Assembly: GCA_963708185.1 (NCBI GenBank)
Contig: OY970195.1
Coordinates: forward strand, 864,001 to 928,000
Direction: 5' to 3'
Source of the DNA: Candidatus Peregrinibacteria bacterium
Lineage (GTDB): Bacteria; Patescibacteriota; Gracilibacteria; UBA1369
DNA length: 64,000 nucleotides
In this document: one piece after another, positions 11,775 through 22,397 of the stretch
Layout: every line of letters begins with the position of its first letter
Numbering within the stretch: position 1 is the first letter of the stretch
Notes under the pieces: generated by a model
Database searches by the model: none
Told to the model about the DNA's origin: nothing
Seen by the model: the letters and a program-made list of their open reading frames with translations, nothing else
Position numbers and translations under genes: made by a program

Positions 11775-14700
11775 TCAATCGTCGTGTGCCATCGTTTCTT
11801 CACCGTCGTTTCCCGACTGCTTTGTCTGCAGGGCTTCCTTGACCTCTTCCATTTCCGACGCTCCGGCTTTGCGGTCGGTTTTTTTATCAATCAGGCCCGT
11901 AAGGTGGTTTGTCCGTGACAACATGGCTGAGACTTTTTCTATGCCCTGACGGTCAACCATTTCCTTCAAGTTTTTGGTCAGATCGGCGTTAAACTTTTCG
12001 ATAGCCTCTTTTTGCCCTTCATATTCACCCTTTCTTGTGGGGGGGATGATTTCCATGACCTTTTGGAACTCCTGATCCATGCCCAGCTGCGATGAGACGT
12101 CCCTGATGACGCCTCTGACTTCCTCAATAAATCCGCCGACGGTTTTCGCTCCGCTGATACCAGGTTTGCTGTTGTAGGTTGTTTCACTGAAGCGGAATCT
12201 GTTCGGATTGGCATGTTCATAACGTGTGGACGCCACGGCATCAAAAATGACGAACGATTTCATCATCTTTATGATGCGTCCGTAATGGGCGCTGATATTT
12301 TCGTCGACCTCTTTCATGTCGAACATCTTTTGCGTCCCAGGAGGCATTTTTCCAATGCGTTTTTTCTCCCTGAGCGATTTATCAAGGTTAAAGATTTCGC
12401 GTCTGATGAACTCATTCAGTCCGGCAAAAGCGTTCTTGATACCCGACGTTGATACCTGCTGACGGGCACCACCTGCAATTCTCGTGATCTGATCGATGGT
12501 CCCTTCATCAAGCATCTGGACGAACATATCCATATCGTCGTGATCCCAGGTACTGGGATCTCTCGCGGCTTTTTCGGCACGGACCGCGGCGTAAGGATCC
12601 CAGGCAATGGTATCACGGACGAAGTTCGTAAATTCTCCTATTTTTCCTTTCGGCCATTTTTTTTGCTTCCAGTAAACGTCGCTGGGGTTGCCCAGGTGAC
12701 CGGCTTCAAGTTTTCCGCTGGGGATGTCGGGAAGAATGTACTGATGAATCCAGCCTTTGAAGGTTCTCACATCAGGGCGTCCGGTTTCATACCCTCCAAT
12801 CGTTCCGTCGTCGTTTTCTTTTTTGGGGTCCCAGATGCGGTTGCCCTTTTCATCCAGACGGTACTGCAGCGGACTGATGAAGAAATCGATCAATGGCAAC
12901 GTATTGAGGTAGACACCCTCCAGCGCCGCGACGCGATCGATGTGGAGCAGGGTTTCTCCATGTGGGTTGGTTGCGCCGACGCCCATGATGAGGAAGAACA
13001 TTTTATCTTCAAAGGCCATCTTTCCAGCTTTCATGGCAAAATCCAGGTACTCCTCATACTGACAGGGATTGACGTGTTCCCCGTTAATAAAATTGTAAAG
13101 TAAACGTCTCAGTTCACCCGGAAGACCGTTTGGGTCATTTTCGAGACGGATCGCGTTATCTTCAAAGTTCTTCTTAATGCTGTTATACGCCGAGTCTCCG
13201 CTGTTGCGGAATTCGCGGAAGGTATCCTGCCCCCACCAGCCGTCGAGAATTTTCTCGATGTCTTCCAAGTAATGATCCGGCCTGATTTCCTCCCCGGAAA
13301 ACTTTTCGATTGCATGCCAGAAATGGTGATCGTCCCAGCGCATCTGGCCTTTTTTACACATTACCGTGATGGCGGCTTTGAGGGTATCTCTGTCCGGCGG
13401 TTCATGAAGTTCGTGCTTGATGTCTTCGATACCCTGAGTTTCCATCACATGGACATGGTGATTCACTTCCTCGTTTTCCGCGGCCTGGGCGATGGATTTG
13501 AATTCGGCGCCCAATGCGGTGCTGTAGTTGCCGAACATCATCCTTCCCGCTGCGCCGATACGGCCTTTTTGCCTTCTGCCCCAGCGACGTTTGATGAGCT
13601 CCCAGACGGTTTTGCCCATTTCGGTAAGGTCGGAGATGGAAAGAAAGTAGGTGTCGCGCCAGAGCTTGCGCATGGCACTCATCGGAACATGAGAATGCGG
13701 TTCCTCTTCCAGCAATACGGCGTTTCCCGGCTTTGCGATGATCCCTTTTTTGTCTTCCTCGATCTCATGTTCGGCTTTGGCTTTTTCTTTTTCGAATTCA
13801 GCCTCTTTCTTGAGCGGGTCTGCGATGTCGTCGGTGGCCTTGTGCGCTTCGGCTTCGGCTTCCTTTTTTTCGACTTCGTTGTCTTTGACCCAGCGCAGGA
13901 ATGCCGTGAAACTCATCATTGTTCCTCCTTCAAACTCGATTTTCTTGTCTTTTTCGTGGACCTTTTTGATGACGAACTCTTTTCCGATGTCATCGTCAAA
14001 ATAAAGCACTTCTCCGTCTTTGGCTTCCACAGGCGGATACTGCGCGCCGGAACGTTCATAAAATGTGTTTTGCTTTTCATTGAAAGCGTGAAGTTCGTGA
14101 CGGAGTTTTTCCAGATTCTCGACCTCCTTCATGACCTCGTTTTGCTTGAACCACTTTGCGAACTCGTCAAAATTGAACTCCTTTTTGAGGCCCTTTGAGG
14201 TTTTGACGTCTTTATCAAGGACGACCCTGTGATTGTCCTTGTCGAGTTTCTTGATCTCGACTTTTTCGTCTTTGTTGACCTCTTTGTCGGTCCCCTTGTT
14301 TTCAGTGATATGGTACTCCAGAACGCCTCCTTCCCTGAGCTCTTCCCCGATGCTTTTGGAGAGTTTGTCGTAGGAGTCGATGTCTTCCAGGACGTCGTAG
14401 TCGTCGGTCCATTCATAGAAGTCGTTTGTGGAGAATTTATCTTCTTCGATCCTGCCGGTATATGGATTGATCGATTCCACCGTCACGACCGGATTATTGG
14501 TTTTTACCTTCCCCACGACATTCCCTTCTTCGTCCTCAACATTGATTTCCTCGAATTTGACGTCCTTGATGACGGCTCGGTGGACTTTGGGTTCCTTCTG
14601 GTCTTTGTCTTTTTCGTTATCCTTGTAATTGAGTGCCTGGCCTGTTTTCACGTTGAGACCTGTGGCCTTTTCAAGTTCAATGAGCGCCCGGCGCTGGCGG

Positions 14701-15443
14701 GCTTTGTCGAGGAGCTTGTCGCCCACTTTGTTGAGAATTTCCCGCTGCTCGTGCATGGCCTTTTTCATGCGCTTGTCGAGCGCTTTGACCTTCTCTCCTT
14801 CTTCGCGTTTAAGACGGAGGAGTTTGATGACCTCGGGAGAATCTTTCTCCAGCCCCGGAATTTTCTTGACGGCTTTGTTCCATTTCTTTTCAAAATCGTC
14901 ATCACCGGGATCCAGTTCGAGAAGTTTTCTGGCCTGCTTCTTGGTGATCTTTTTGGTGGTGACGAGTTCGGTCAAATAGTCCTTGACCGGCTTCTGGGCT
15001 TTGGCATCTTCCTTGTCGATGCGCTGAAACTCTTTATTGATGTCCTTGAGTTTTTCCGCATCGGCTTCGAACTCTTTTTTCTCGCTTTTCTCGACTTCTT
15101 TCTGGACCTTTTCGGATTTTTCCACGGCGGCACGGGCCATTTCGCTGATCCTTTTCTTCGTGAAGTCGACGTTTCCGCCTTCTTCGCTTGCGCCTTCGGC
15201 TTTTTCTTTTTTCTTTTTGTCCTTCTCCTTTTCTTCGTTCGTCTTTTTCTCCTTCTCTTCCTGTTCTTTCTTTTTTTCCTCTTCCTCTCTTTTCTTTTCA
15301 TCATCGCTTTTTTCCGGGTTCTGGGAACCGCCGCCGCTTGATCCGGTAGCGAACACAAAACGTGCTGAGGCAAAAAGAGGCCGTCCTGCATCCTGTGTAG
15401 TTTTTAAATTAGCCAGGTTGTTGAGATAAGCATGTGTCAGCAT
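11775..15443 (-). CDS. Large hypothetical protein (1222 aa) with K/E-rich coiled coil and three internal repeats
   Basis: Long ORF with its own putative promoter (TTGACA-17-TAAAAT on the minus strand near 15627-15655). Confidence 0.85.
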   Translation of the reverse strand: MLTHAYLNNLANLKTTQDAGRPLFASARFVFATGSSGGGSQNPEKSDDEKKREEEEKKKEQEEKEKKTNEEKEKDKKKKEKAEGASEEGGNVDFTKKRISEMARAAVEKSEKVQKEVEKSEKKEFEADAEKLKDINKEFQRIDKEDAKAQKPVKDYLTELVTTKKITKKQARKLLELDPGDDDFEKKWNKAVKKIPGLEKDSPEVIKLLRLKREEGEKVKALDKRMKKAMHEQREILNKVGDKLLDKARQRRALIELEKATGLNVKTGQALNYKDNEKDKDQKEPKVHRAVIKDVKFEEINVEDEEGNVVGKVKTNNPVVTVESINPYTGRIEEDKFSTNDFYEWTDDYDVLEDIDSYDKLSKSIGEELREGGVLEYHITENKGTDKEVNKDEKVEIKKLDKDNHRVVLDKDVKTSKGLKKEFNFDEFAKWFKQNEVMKEVENLEKLRHELHAFNEKQNTFYERSGAQYPPVEAKDGEVLYFDDDIGKEFVIKKVHEKDKKIEFEGGTMMSFTAFLRWVKDNEVEKKEAEAEAHKATDDIADPLKKEAEFEKEKAKAEHEIEEDKKGIIAKPGNAVLLEEEPHSHVPMSAMRKLWRDTYFLSISDLTEMGKTVWELIKRRWGRRQKGRIGAAGRMMFGNYSTALGAEFKSIAQAAENEEVNHHVHVMETQGIEDIKHELHEPPDRDTLKAAITVMCKKGQMRWDDHHFWHAIEKFSGEEIRPDHYLEDIEKILDGWWGQDTFREFRNSGDSAYNSIKKNFEDNAIRLENDPNGLPGELRRLLYNFINGEHVNPCQYEEYLDFAMKAGKMAFEDKMFFLIMGVGATNPHGETLLHIDRVAALEGVYLNTLPLIDFFISPLQYRLDEKGNRIWDPKKENDDGTIGGYETGRPDVRTFKGWIHQYILPDIPSGKLEAGHLGNPSDVYWKQKKWPKGKIGEFTNFVRDTIAWDPYAAVRAEKAARDPSTWDHDDMDMFVQMLDEGTIDQITRIAGGARQQVSTSGIKNAFAGLNEFIRREIFNLDKSLREKKRIGKMPPGTQKMFDMKEVDENISAHYGRIIKMMKSFVIFDAVASTRYEHANPNRFRFSETTYNSKPGISGAKTVGGFIEEVRGVIRDVSSQLGMDQEFQKVMEIIPPTRKGEYEGQKEAIEKFNADLTKNLKEMVDRQGIEKVSAMLSRTNHLTGLIDKKTDRKAGASEMEEVKEALQTKQSGNDGEETMAHDD

Positions 15444-15671
15444 AGTGATCCTTGTAAAGGGATGTATGTGTCCCTGCGGCGAGCATGCTGCGCGTATGCA
15501 TGAACAAGCATGGGTTGCTTTGGGACGTTTATGGCCTTATGGCGGCCATTTGACCATTGCTTTGATTTTCTGGTTGTTCTTTTCGGATTGTCTGATGAGA
15601 AGTGAAACCTGCAGTGTTCTCGCGCTGATTTTATCATTATTTTAATTTTTGTCAATATTTCAGGCTTTCCG

Positions 15672-18335
15672 TTATTTCTTTTTCTGGACCCACTTGGTGC
15701 CGTCCCAATCCCAGAGCGAGACGCCATCCTCACCCTTCACGTCGGTAACTTTGCCTTGAGGAACATAGGCGGGTTCTTTGGGGGTCGGCGGTGGGCCGCC
15801 GGCGGCTTTGGCTTCAACCTTTGATAGCATGCTGTTTTTTCCGCCATCTGGCGCAGCGGTCATAAGATCTTCCTTCTGCTTGGCGTTCATATGCTGACCA
15901 GCGGCCGTGAGGACTTGCTGTTCGGCTTTCTTGTATGCGTCACCACCTTTTTCGGCGTCGGTAATTTCCGAATAACTTTTCTTCCCCATGGCATTAGCGA
16001 TCTGCTGCTGCAGTTTTCCTTCCACGGTCTGGAAATCCTGTTGTCCCACTTTTCCAGCGGTAGCGTTTTTGATCGTGACACTGATGTCGGCTTCGTTCCC
16101 CTGTTTGTGCTGTTCAGCTTTTTCATAATCATCGACTTTCTTTGCTATGGCAGCGACTTCCTCGCGTGCTTTTTTCTTATCTTCTTCGGAAGCTTTGGAA
16201 TTCGGAGCCAGAGTTTTTTCGTCTTTGGCAAGCTTCTTTTGATCATCGGCAGTGATGACTTTTTTATCCACCATATCTTTCTGTTTCTTTTTGTCGGTCA
16301 TCAGTGCATGTTCTTCGGGTTTCAAGCCTCCCAATAATGCAGCTTCCTGAGCGGTCGCCGGCTTTGCTCCTCCAATACCCAGAGACGGCTGAATGCCCAT
16401 CGCCAGGTAAAGCTTGTTCATTTCATCGTCGGATACCTTTCCGTGATTCAAATCGTCGATGAATTTCTGGTAGTTGCCGTTGTATCCGGTTTTTAAAAGG
16501 TATGCTTTGAGAGCTGCATTGTCTTTTGGATTTTTGTGGAAGTATTGCGCGAGGCCTGTCTGGAACTGAGGGCTGCTCCATTGGGCACGGTTGACGTTGC
16601 CGAGTTCCTTCTTCAAGTCTCCCATATTTTTGGCGCTTGCCATTTTCAGGCCTGCCGCACCCTGGAAAAGTTCCGGGAACTCTTCGGCTGCCTGTGCCTG
16701 GAACGTCTGTTGGGCTTTCATCTGGACCTGCTGCATGGCAGCCTGCATTTCTCCAAGATTCACCGCCTTGCCGCCCTTGGTGACCGGGAAGAGCGGGATG
16801 CTCTTTACGGCAAAACCGGCGATACCCTTGCTGGCGCTTGATACGGAATTTTTGATGGATTCGGTAATGCCCTTGGCATAGGTCTTGTCCATCGCCGCAA
16901 AGACACCGACCCAGATAAAGACGGTGGCGCCGACGGCGACGATAAGCTGCTGGAGCGTTGAAACTCCAGAGGTTAACAGACCAATGTTCAGGGTCGGATT
17001 ACTGATCAATGTGTTGACGGTCGTCGTTGCCGACTCGAGATTCTGGGATTTCAATCCCTGAAGCATGATGAATCCGATTGACATGACGAGTGCGACCGGA
17101 ATTGGAACAATGGCGTTCTGGACAAACTTATTCATAATGTCACCAGCCTCTCCGAGCGAATCTTTGATGGCTGGGACCACGAACGGCAAAACCATAAGCG
17201 GGGAAACCGCGATGAGTACCCACAGTACGACAAGACGAATGAGCAGCGTTGCGAAAAGGGCAACGAATGCCGCTCCATAAACGACGTACAGAATGATGCT
17301 GAAAATGAAGTTTACGGAAAGCTGACCCAACGTTGTATTTTGTGAGTTCACCGTCACTTTATCCAGCCCGTCGGCCTGCTGGAGGGTCAGAGCCATGATC
17401 AGTGCGGCGTTGTTGGCGTTCATGCTGTTGAAGAACGTCACCAGTTTATTATTGAGATATCCGGTATTGGCATCGTCGGTTGTCGTACAGAAGGTCAGTC
17501 CGGCTGTAGAGGTGGTTTGTGACTGGTCGCCACTCTGTCCCGAAGGAGGATTGCCGTTGACGGCTATGTTGTAGTCGTCGGTTCCCGGGTCCGCTCCATA
17601 AATGGCCGCGCACATGCTTTTGATCTGGTCTTTCGTCAAGATACCGACCTGTCCTGAACTTGAACCGCCCGTCGAAGCATTCGGACAACCGGCGGCACTG
17701 GGATTCAGGCTACACTGAACCTGGTTGGGAAGCGCGAAAATCGCCGTCGAAACGATGTTGACGCCGTCCAGCACGACCTTGGAAGCAAGGAAAGTGAAGT
17801 TCACGGCAATGAGGGCGATGACGAACTTGGGGAGGATGGTTTTGATGTGATAGTTTTCTCCGGCGCCAAGGACGTTATACAGAGCAATACCAAGAAGGAT
17901 TAAGACGAAAAGGATGTTGACGATGTTGCGGACGTTAACCCAGATTTCGTTGAGGCGCTGTTCCATTCCCGCCCCAAACAGAATGTCGTTCTGCATCAAT
18001 CCGCCGATCATCAAGAGGATCGGCCAGAAAATGTGCTTCAGCACCCCCATAATACTGCTCAGTCCCGTCATCAGGCTTCTGAGTACATCCTGTGAGCTCG
18101 GTGCGGGCGGCGGCGTTGCAGGATCCGCTGCATGCACGACGTGGGGAATGAAGATGATGGACAGTGCCAACAACGTCAGCATTGCGCCGAACAGGACAAG
18201 TGTCCTGTGTCTTTTCCAGAAATGTTGGAGTGTAGTAACCATAAGTGTGTGTTTATTTTTTATTTTTAGGCGAATGCTGGTGCGGCTGTTCATGTTGTTG
18301 TGCGCGCCGCCGCGCGGAGTTTGATTGTTATCCAA
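15672..18335 (-). CDS. CPR-type VirB6/TrbL-like polytopic membrane protein; start may be downstream
   Basis: W.NVRNIVNILFVLILLGIA...KTILPKFVIALIAVNFTF...D and LLIRLVVLWVLIAVSPL patterns, several TMs and a long soluble C-terminus. Confidence 0.65.
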   Translation of the reverse strand: MDNNQTPRGGAHNNMNSRTSIRLKIKNKHTLMVTTLQHFWKRHRTLVLFGAMLTLLALSIIFIPHVVHAADPATPPPAPSSQDVLRSLMTGLSSIMGVLKHIFWPILLMIGGLMQNDILFGAGMEQRLNEIWVNVRNIVNILFVLILLGIALYNVLGAGENYHIKTILPKFVIALIAVNFTFLASKVVLDGVNIVSTAIFALPNQVQCSLNPSAAGCPNASTGGSSSGQVGILTKDQIKSMCAAIYGADPGTDDYNIAVNGNPPSGQSGDQSQTTSTAGLTFCTTTDDANTGYLNNKLVTFFNSMNANNAALIMALTLQQADGLDKVTVNSQNTTLGQLSVNFIFSIILYVVYGAAFVALFATLLIRLVVLWVLIAVSPLMVLPFVVPAIKDSLGEAGDIMNKFVQNAIVPIPVALVMSIGFIMLQGLKSQNLESATTTVNTLISNPTLNIGLLTSGVSTLQQLIVAVGATVFIWVGVFAAMDKTYAKGITESIKNSVSSASKGIAGFAVKSIPLFPVTKGGKAVNLGEMQAAMQQVQMKAQQTFQAQAAEEFPELFQGAAGLKMASAKNMGDLKKELGNVNRAQWSSPQFQTGLAQYFHKNPKDNAALKAYLLKTGYNGNYQKFIDDLNHGKVSDDEMNKLYLAMGIQPSLGIGGAKPATAQEAALLGGLKPEEHALMTDKKKQKDMVDKKVITADDQKKLAKDEKTLAPNSKASEEDKKKAREEVAAIAKKVDDYEKAEQHKQGNEADISVTIKNATAGKVGQQDFQTVEGKLQQQIANAMGKKSYSEITDAEKGGDAYKKAEQQVLTAAGQHMNAKQKEDLMTAAPDGGKNSMLSKVEAKAAGGPPPTPKEPAYVPQGKVTDVKGEDGVSLWDWDGTKWVQKKK

Positions 18336-20064
18336 AAAAATGAGGAAGATACTGGGTCAAGGCAATCATGAACGTATGGACCATGTGCCATGCAGTGTTG
18401 GGCGATGACGCTGGTGTATTGGCCACGGACCCCAGCCACCAACCGCTGCCGATGGCCGTACCGATGCCCAATGCATGGCCCACGGCGACTTTCGCCAGAG
18501 GATTTCCTTTTTTTTGAGGAGGAGGCGGCGGAGCAAGGGTTTCTTCGTTGACTCTTCCGGGGGCAAGCGGCGGCGCACTGGCACCCGCCTGACCCTGCTG
18601 TCCCTCTTCTTCGGCCTGTTTCTGCGCTTTGAGTTTGCTCTTTGCTTCCATGACGCTTTTGGCCGGGATGCCGGGGACCGGACGGGTCTTTATTTTGTAC
18701 CCGATACCGCGTTCTTTTTCTTTTCCTCCCTGTGCCTTCGGCATTTCCGGAGCTTTACCTTCGGTGGGTAATTTGAGCGGTGCCCCGCCTTCAAGACCTG
18801 TTTTTAATCCGCCGGGAAGGCCCGTCGGTATTTTCCCGGGAACCTGTCCCGGAGGAAGTTTGAAAGGAACTCCCTGACCCTGCGGGCCGGGAAGTTCCAC
18901 CTTGGGAACCGGCTGAGGTTTTTGCGGGGCTTTTTGGGGATAGGCGTCGCTTTGGATGCCGAGTTTTCTGCACAGGTCGATGTCGTCGTAGAGTTCGCGC
19001 GCGGTGCGTTTGCTTCCGTCGGCTTTGGTGAAAGCCTCGTGGAGTTTCGTTTCTTCAACGGCGAAGCTTTTTCCGGCAGCCGCGCCCGTCTGGAAGGTAA
19101 AATTCAACTTGAGATCCTGGTCGAAAGGCACGCGTGTATCCGCCGAAACCAGCAAATTGTCCGTTCCGGATTTTACTTTGACCATGGCATGTCCGTTCGT
19201 GTCGAACTGGACTTCCCCCGTCACCTGGAACCCTTCTTTCTGAAGCAGGTTGGTGATGGCCGTTCCGCGTTTTTGCTGGAAACTTTTGGTAAGTTCTTCA
19301 TTTGAACTGACCTGGTCGGGGATACCCGCCGTAGCTTCAGGCATATATTTGCTCGCGCCGGAGACTGTCTGCGGGCTTGAGGCTCCCTGACCGATGCTCT
19401 GGAGAGTTTGCATGGAAGGTATGGCGAAACCGCCCTTGAGCAGTTCGGCCATTTCCTGTGGAGGAGGAGGCAGGAACTGGACTTCGGTCTGGCCCGTTTT
19501 GAGTTCCGTGGCGCGAATGTATTTGTTGAACTCTCCGGTCGCCGGATCTTTGACAAGCATGAGCATTCCTTTTTCCAGGAGTTCACGGTCCTTTTTGGCT
19601 TCTTCGGTTTTGCCGGCGGCCTCTTTGGCCAGAATGAGGTTGTTGATCTGATCTTTTTCAAAATGTTCCGCGATGTGATAGCTCATCAAAAAGAGATTGC
19701 GTTTGACGTCGGCCGGCCAGGTGACTTCCTTGACCGGTCCTTCGGATTTTTGGTTGACCACCGGCAAAAAAGCGCGGATGCGGTCCGCCGGCTTCGCGCC
19801 GCGGCTGGCCATATAATCGACAAAATAGTTCAAAAAAATTTCTCGTTCTTTCTGTTCCTCTTCTCCCACGAACGGTACTCCCTCGTTCTTACGAACGGGA
19901 TTGAAATAGTAGTCCATCAGATTTTTCTTCTCGATGGCTTCGAGCGTTCCATTGATGAAAAGCTTGTCGAGATAGTCTTTTTTGCGCTGCGCGGTATCGG
20001 TCAGCATCTCCTCGAGAAGAGGCATTAAATGGAAATTGATGAATTGTGGTCCGAACTGCTGCAT
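18328..20064 (-). CDS. Hypothetical protein with Pro-rich linker and C-terminal hydrophobic segment
   Basis: 578-aa ORF tightly packed with its neighbours. Confidence 0.8.
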   Translation of the reverse strand: MQQFGPQFINFHLMPLLEEMLTDTAQRKKDYLDKLFINGTLEAIEKKNLMDYYFNPVRKNEGVPFVGEEEQKEREIFLNYFVDYMASRGAKPADRIRAFLPVVNQKSEGPVKEVTWPADVKRNLFLMSYHIAEHFEKDQINNLILAKEAAGKTEEAKKDRELLEKGMLMLVKDPATGEFNKYIRATELKTGQTEVQFLPPPPQEMAELLKGGFAIPSMQTLQSIGQGASSPQTVSGASKYMPEATAGIPDQVSSNEELTKSFQQKRGTAITNLLQKEGFQVTGEVQFDTNGHAMVKVKSGTDNLLVSADTRVPFDQDLKLNFTFQTGAAAGKSFAVEETKLHEAFTKADGSKRTARELYDDIDLCRKLGIQSDAYPQKAPQKPQPVPKVELPGPQGQGVPFKLPPGQVPGKIPTGLPGGLKTGLEGGAPLKLPTEGKAPEMPKAQGGKEKERGIGYKIKTRPVPGIPAKSVMEAKSKLKAQKQAEEEGQQGQAGASAPPLAPGRVNEETLAPPPPPQKKGNPLAKVAVGHALGIGTAIGSGWWLGSVANTPASSPNTAWHMVHTFMIALTQYLPHFFG

Positions 20065-20067
20065 AGT

Positions 20068-21666
20068 TTACGAAGAAACGACTTTTTTGACCTGCGGAGG
20101 AAGGACCGGCGCCGTGGCGAGTCCCTGGTACTGCCTGACGTCGGCGATCTTGCTGTTGTAGTCATCCTGGGTTTCAAACTTCAAGACTCTCATGGCTTCC
20201 GCGACGGTATTGACCTGGACAATGATCTGCTGGGGAAAATTTTTCTGTGCGTTGGCGAGCCTTGATTGCTGGTTTCCGTTCGTCTCCGCTTTCATCAATT
20301 CGTCGAAACTTATCAAAAGTTCCTGACCCTTCTGCCCCTTTCCGATCTTGGCTTTGCGCAGATTGATAATGGTTGCCGCGCCGCCGTTCTCAAGATAGGA
20401 ACCGAGATCGGGATAGTTCAGATCGATGTCGGCGATGTTTTTAAATGCACTTTTTTCAGCGGTGGTTTTGGGGCCTTCTTTCTGAGTCCATTTTTCAAGG
20501 GCTCCGGACACCCACCCCGATCCGATGCCGAAATTTCCTGAACCTTTTTTCATACTTCCTGAAGCCATTTCAACGCCAAGGGTCCCTTCTCCTATCGCGG
20601 CCCAGATGTAAGGGTTTTTCGTAAAAAGCGTTTTGAAATCTCCACCCGAAGCGAGGACGTTCGTCAGGATCCAGAACAGCGAATGCAATGCCATTCCAAG
20701 TCCAAGAAGCGGAGATCCCACGATCCTGTTCATGATGTTGTCGGAATAAACGCCCTTCATGTGCTCAACCTCCTTGTTGAGGGCTTGCCTCACTTTCTTG
20801 ACTTCGTCGACGTAGAATCCGTTGTGGAGTTGCTTCTCATAGGTCTGATTGAAATCCTGCTCGGAGATCAGTTTCTTTTTGATGGCCTCCTGGAAAAGAG
20901 CTTCACCCTGCGCGACGGTAAGGATGCCGCTTTTCAGGAATCCGTCGATGAGTTCTGCGGTCTGTTCGCGCTTTGACGAATCCATCATCTCCTCGACGAG
21001 CTTGTAACGCTGGGCGGGTTTCATGAAGCCGACCAGAATACCGGCCGTGGTGATTTCAAAACGCTTTTGGGGGCTGGCATCTTTTGTGGCGAAGTCGAAT
21101 TTATCAATCATTCCCACGATGTGATTGTAATCCTCGGCGTTGATTTCCTTATGTTCTTTGAGTTTTCTTAAAATCTGCTGGGTCTCCACGTCCTTCATTG
21201 AAATTTTTTCGACGCCCACCAGAACACGTTTGAGTTCTGCGGCCTCTTCTTCGGTGATGTAGTCGCCCTTCACCAGACTGTCCAGCACCAGCTGGATGTT
21301 GAGAATGCGGAATTGGGCTTCCGATTCGGCTTCTGTCAGGAGTTTCTGCGCAAGCATATCTCGTTCGGCTTTGTTTTGTTCGGACTGTTCGCGATACTGT
21401 TTCTTGAACTGGTCGAAGGTTTCATGGATAACTTTTTTCTGGTTTTCCTTCATGGTACGGACTTCGTTCAAAGCGACCTCGGCAAGCTTGGAACCGGAGA
21501 TGCGTTTTTCGAACATCTCATCAACCTGTTTGACGTTCTCGGCTTCCTTTTCTTCAAATTTTCCCAGAACGGCACGTGAAGCTTCATCGAGAGGAGGAAG
21601 CTTTTTTTCTGGTCCCGTCAACGGCTGCTGGGGTTGTTTTTCCGGATTTTTTTGATTTTCCGCCAT
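20068..21666 (-). CDS. Hypothetical protein (coiled coil plus hydrophobic hairpin)
   Basis: 532-aa ORF with 3-nt spacing to both neighbours. Confidence 0.8.
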   Translation of the reverse strand: MAENQKNPEKQPQQPLTGPEKKLPPLDEASRAVLGKFEEKEAENVKQVDEMFEKRISGSKLAEVALNEVRTMKENQKKVIHETFDQFKKQYREQSEQNKAERDMLAQKLLTEAESEAQFRILNIQLVLDSLVKGDYITEEEAAELKRVLVGVEKISMKDVETQQILRKLKEHKEINAEDYNHIVGMIDKFDFATKDASPQKRFEITTAGILVGFMKPAQRYKLVEEMMDSSKREQTAELIDGFLKSGILTVAQGEALFQEAIKKKLISEQDFNQTYEKQLHNGFYVDEVKKVRQALNKEVEHMKGVYSDNIMNRIVGSPLLGLGMALHSLFWILTNVLASGGDFKTLFTKNPYIWAAIGEGTLGVEMASGSMKKGSGNFGIGSGWVSGALEKWTQKEGPKTTAEKSAFKNIADIDLNYPDLGSYLENGGAATIINLRKAKIGKGQKGQELLISFDELMKAETNGNQQSRLANAQKNFPQQIIVQVNTVAEAMRVLKFETQDDYNSKIADVRQYQGLATAPVLPPQVKKVVSS

Positions 21667-21669
21667 GGT

Positions 21670-22278
21670 TTAGAGTTTGAGGAGTCGCAAAACGAGATCG
21701 CTGAAACTTTCGTGTTTTCCTTCCCATTCGGGAATCTGTCCGCATAAAAATTCCCGGATCGGTACGGGATCTTCATGATTGAGCTGAATGATGACGTCGG
21801 AAAAGAAATGTTCCTTGACGCGTAAATTCAACGTCGAAATGTGCGGCGGGTTGTAGAATATCCAGAATGCCCTGATGCTGCTGTAGGGAAAAACCATTTT
21901 CCCGACCTTGATGCCCATTTTGGAAATGGTGATTTTGATTTCCTTCGGCGGATGATGGCTGTGGACATACATGTAAACGACCGCAAGAACGATGACGGCG
22001 AGCGCCATGGTAAAATCCGCGGTAAAAATATCGACGATGACGACAATTCCCGCAATAATCGCTGCGGCGATGTACCAGACCCTGGATTTGGGATGCTGGA
22101 TATACTCCGGGGCGATCCAGGTAAAAACCGCTTTGTCGTAAAGCGAAAGTTCGTCCTTCGTCGGAGTGTGTGGCGTGAAATTCAACGGCGCTTTCTGTTT
22201 TCCTGATTTTGCCGTTTTTTCTTCGCGCTCCTGGGCTTCAAGGAGCTGCTTTTGATGTGACGGTTTATTTCTGGACAT
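21670..22278 (-). CDS. Conserved CPR two-TM protein with PH-like C-domain (DUF5673-like)
   Basis: W.APEY...KS..WY motif, two TMs, and I.ISKMGIKVG...PYSSI.AFWI. Confidence 0.7.
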   Translation of the reverse strand: MSRNKPSHQKQLLEAQEREEKTAKSGKQKAPLNFTPHTPTKDELSLYDKAVFTWIAPEYIQHPKSRVWYIAAAIIAGIVVIVDIFTADFTMALAVIVLAVVYMYVHSHHPPKEIKITISKMGIKVGKMVFPYSSIRAFWIFYNPPHISTLNLRVKEHFFSDVIIQLNHEDPVPIREFLCGQIPEWEGKHESFSDLVLRLLKL

Positions 22279-22397
22279 AATTTGTTGGTTTATTTGTTTA
22301 TTTTTATCTTGTTATTTTACCACAAAAAGGCCTTTTCAACAATCCGGGAAAGGCTTGGGGAAGCCATAAATGCTTGACGTATTTTTATATTATTTTA

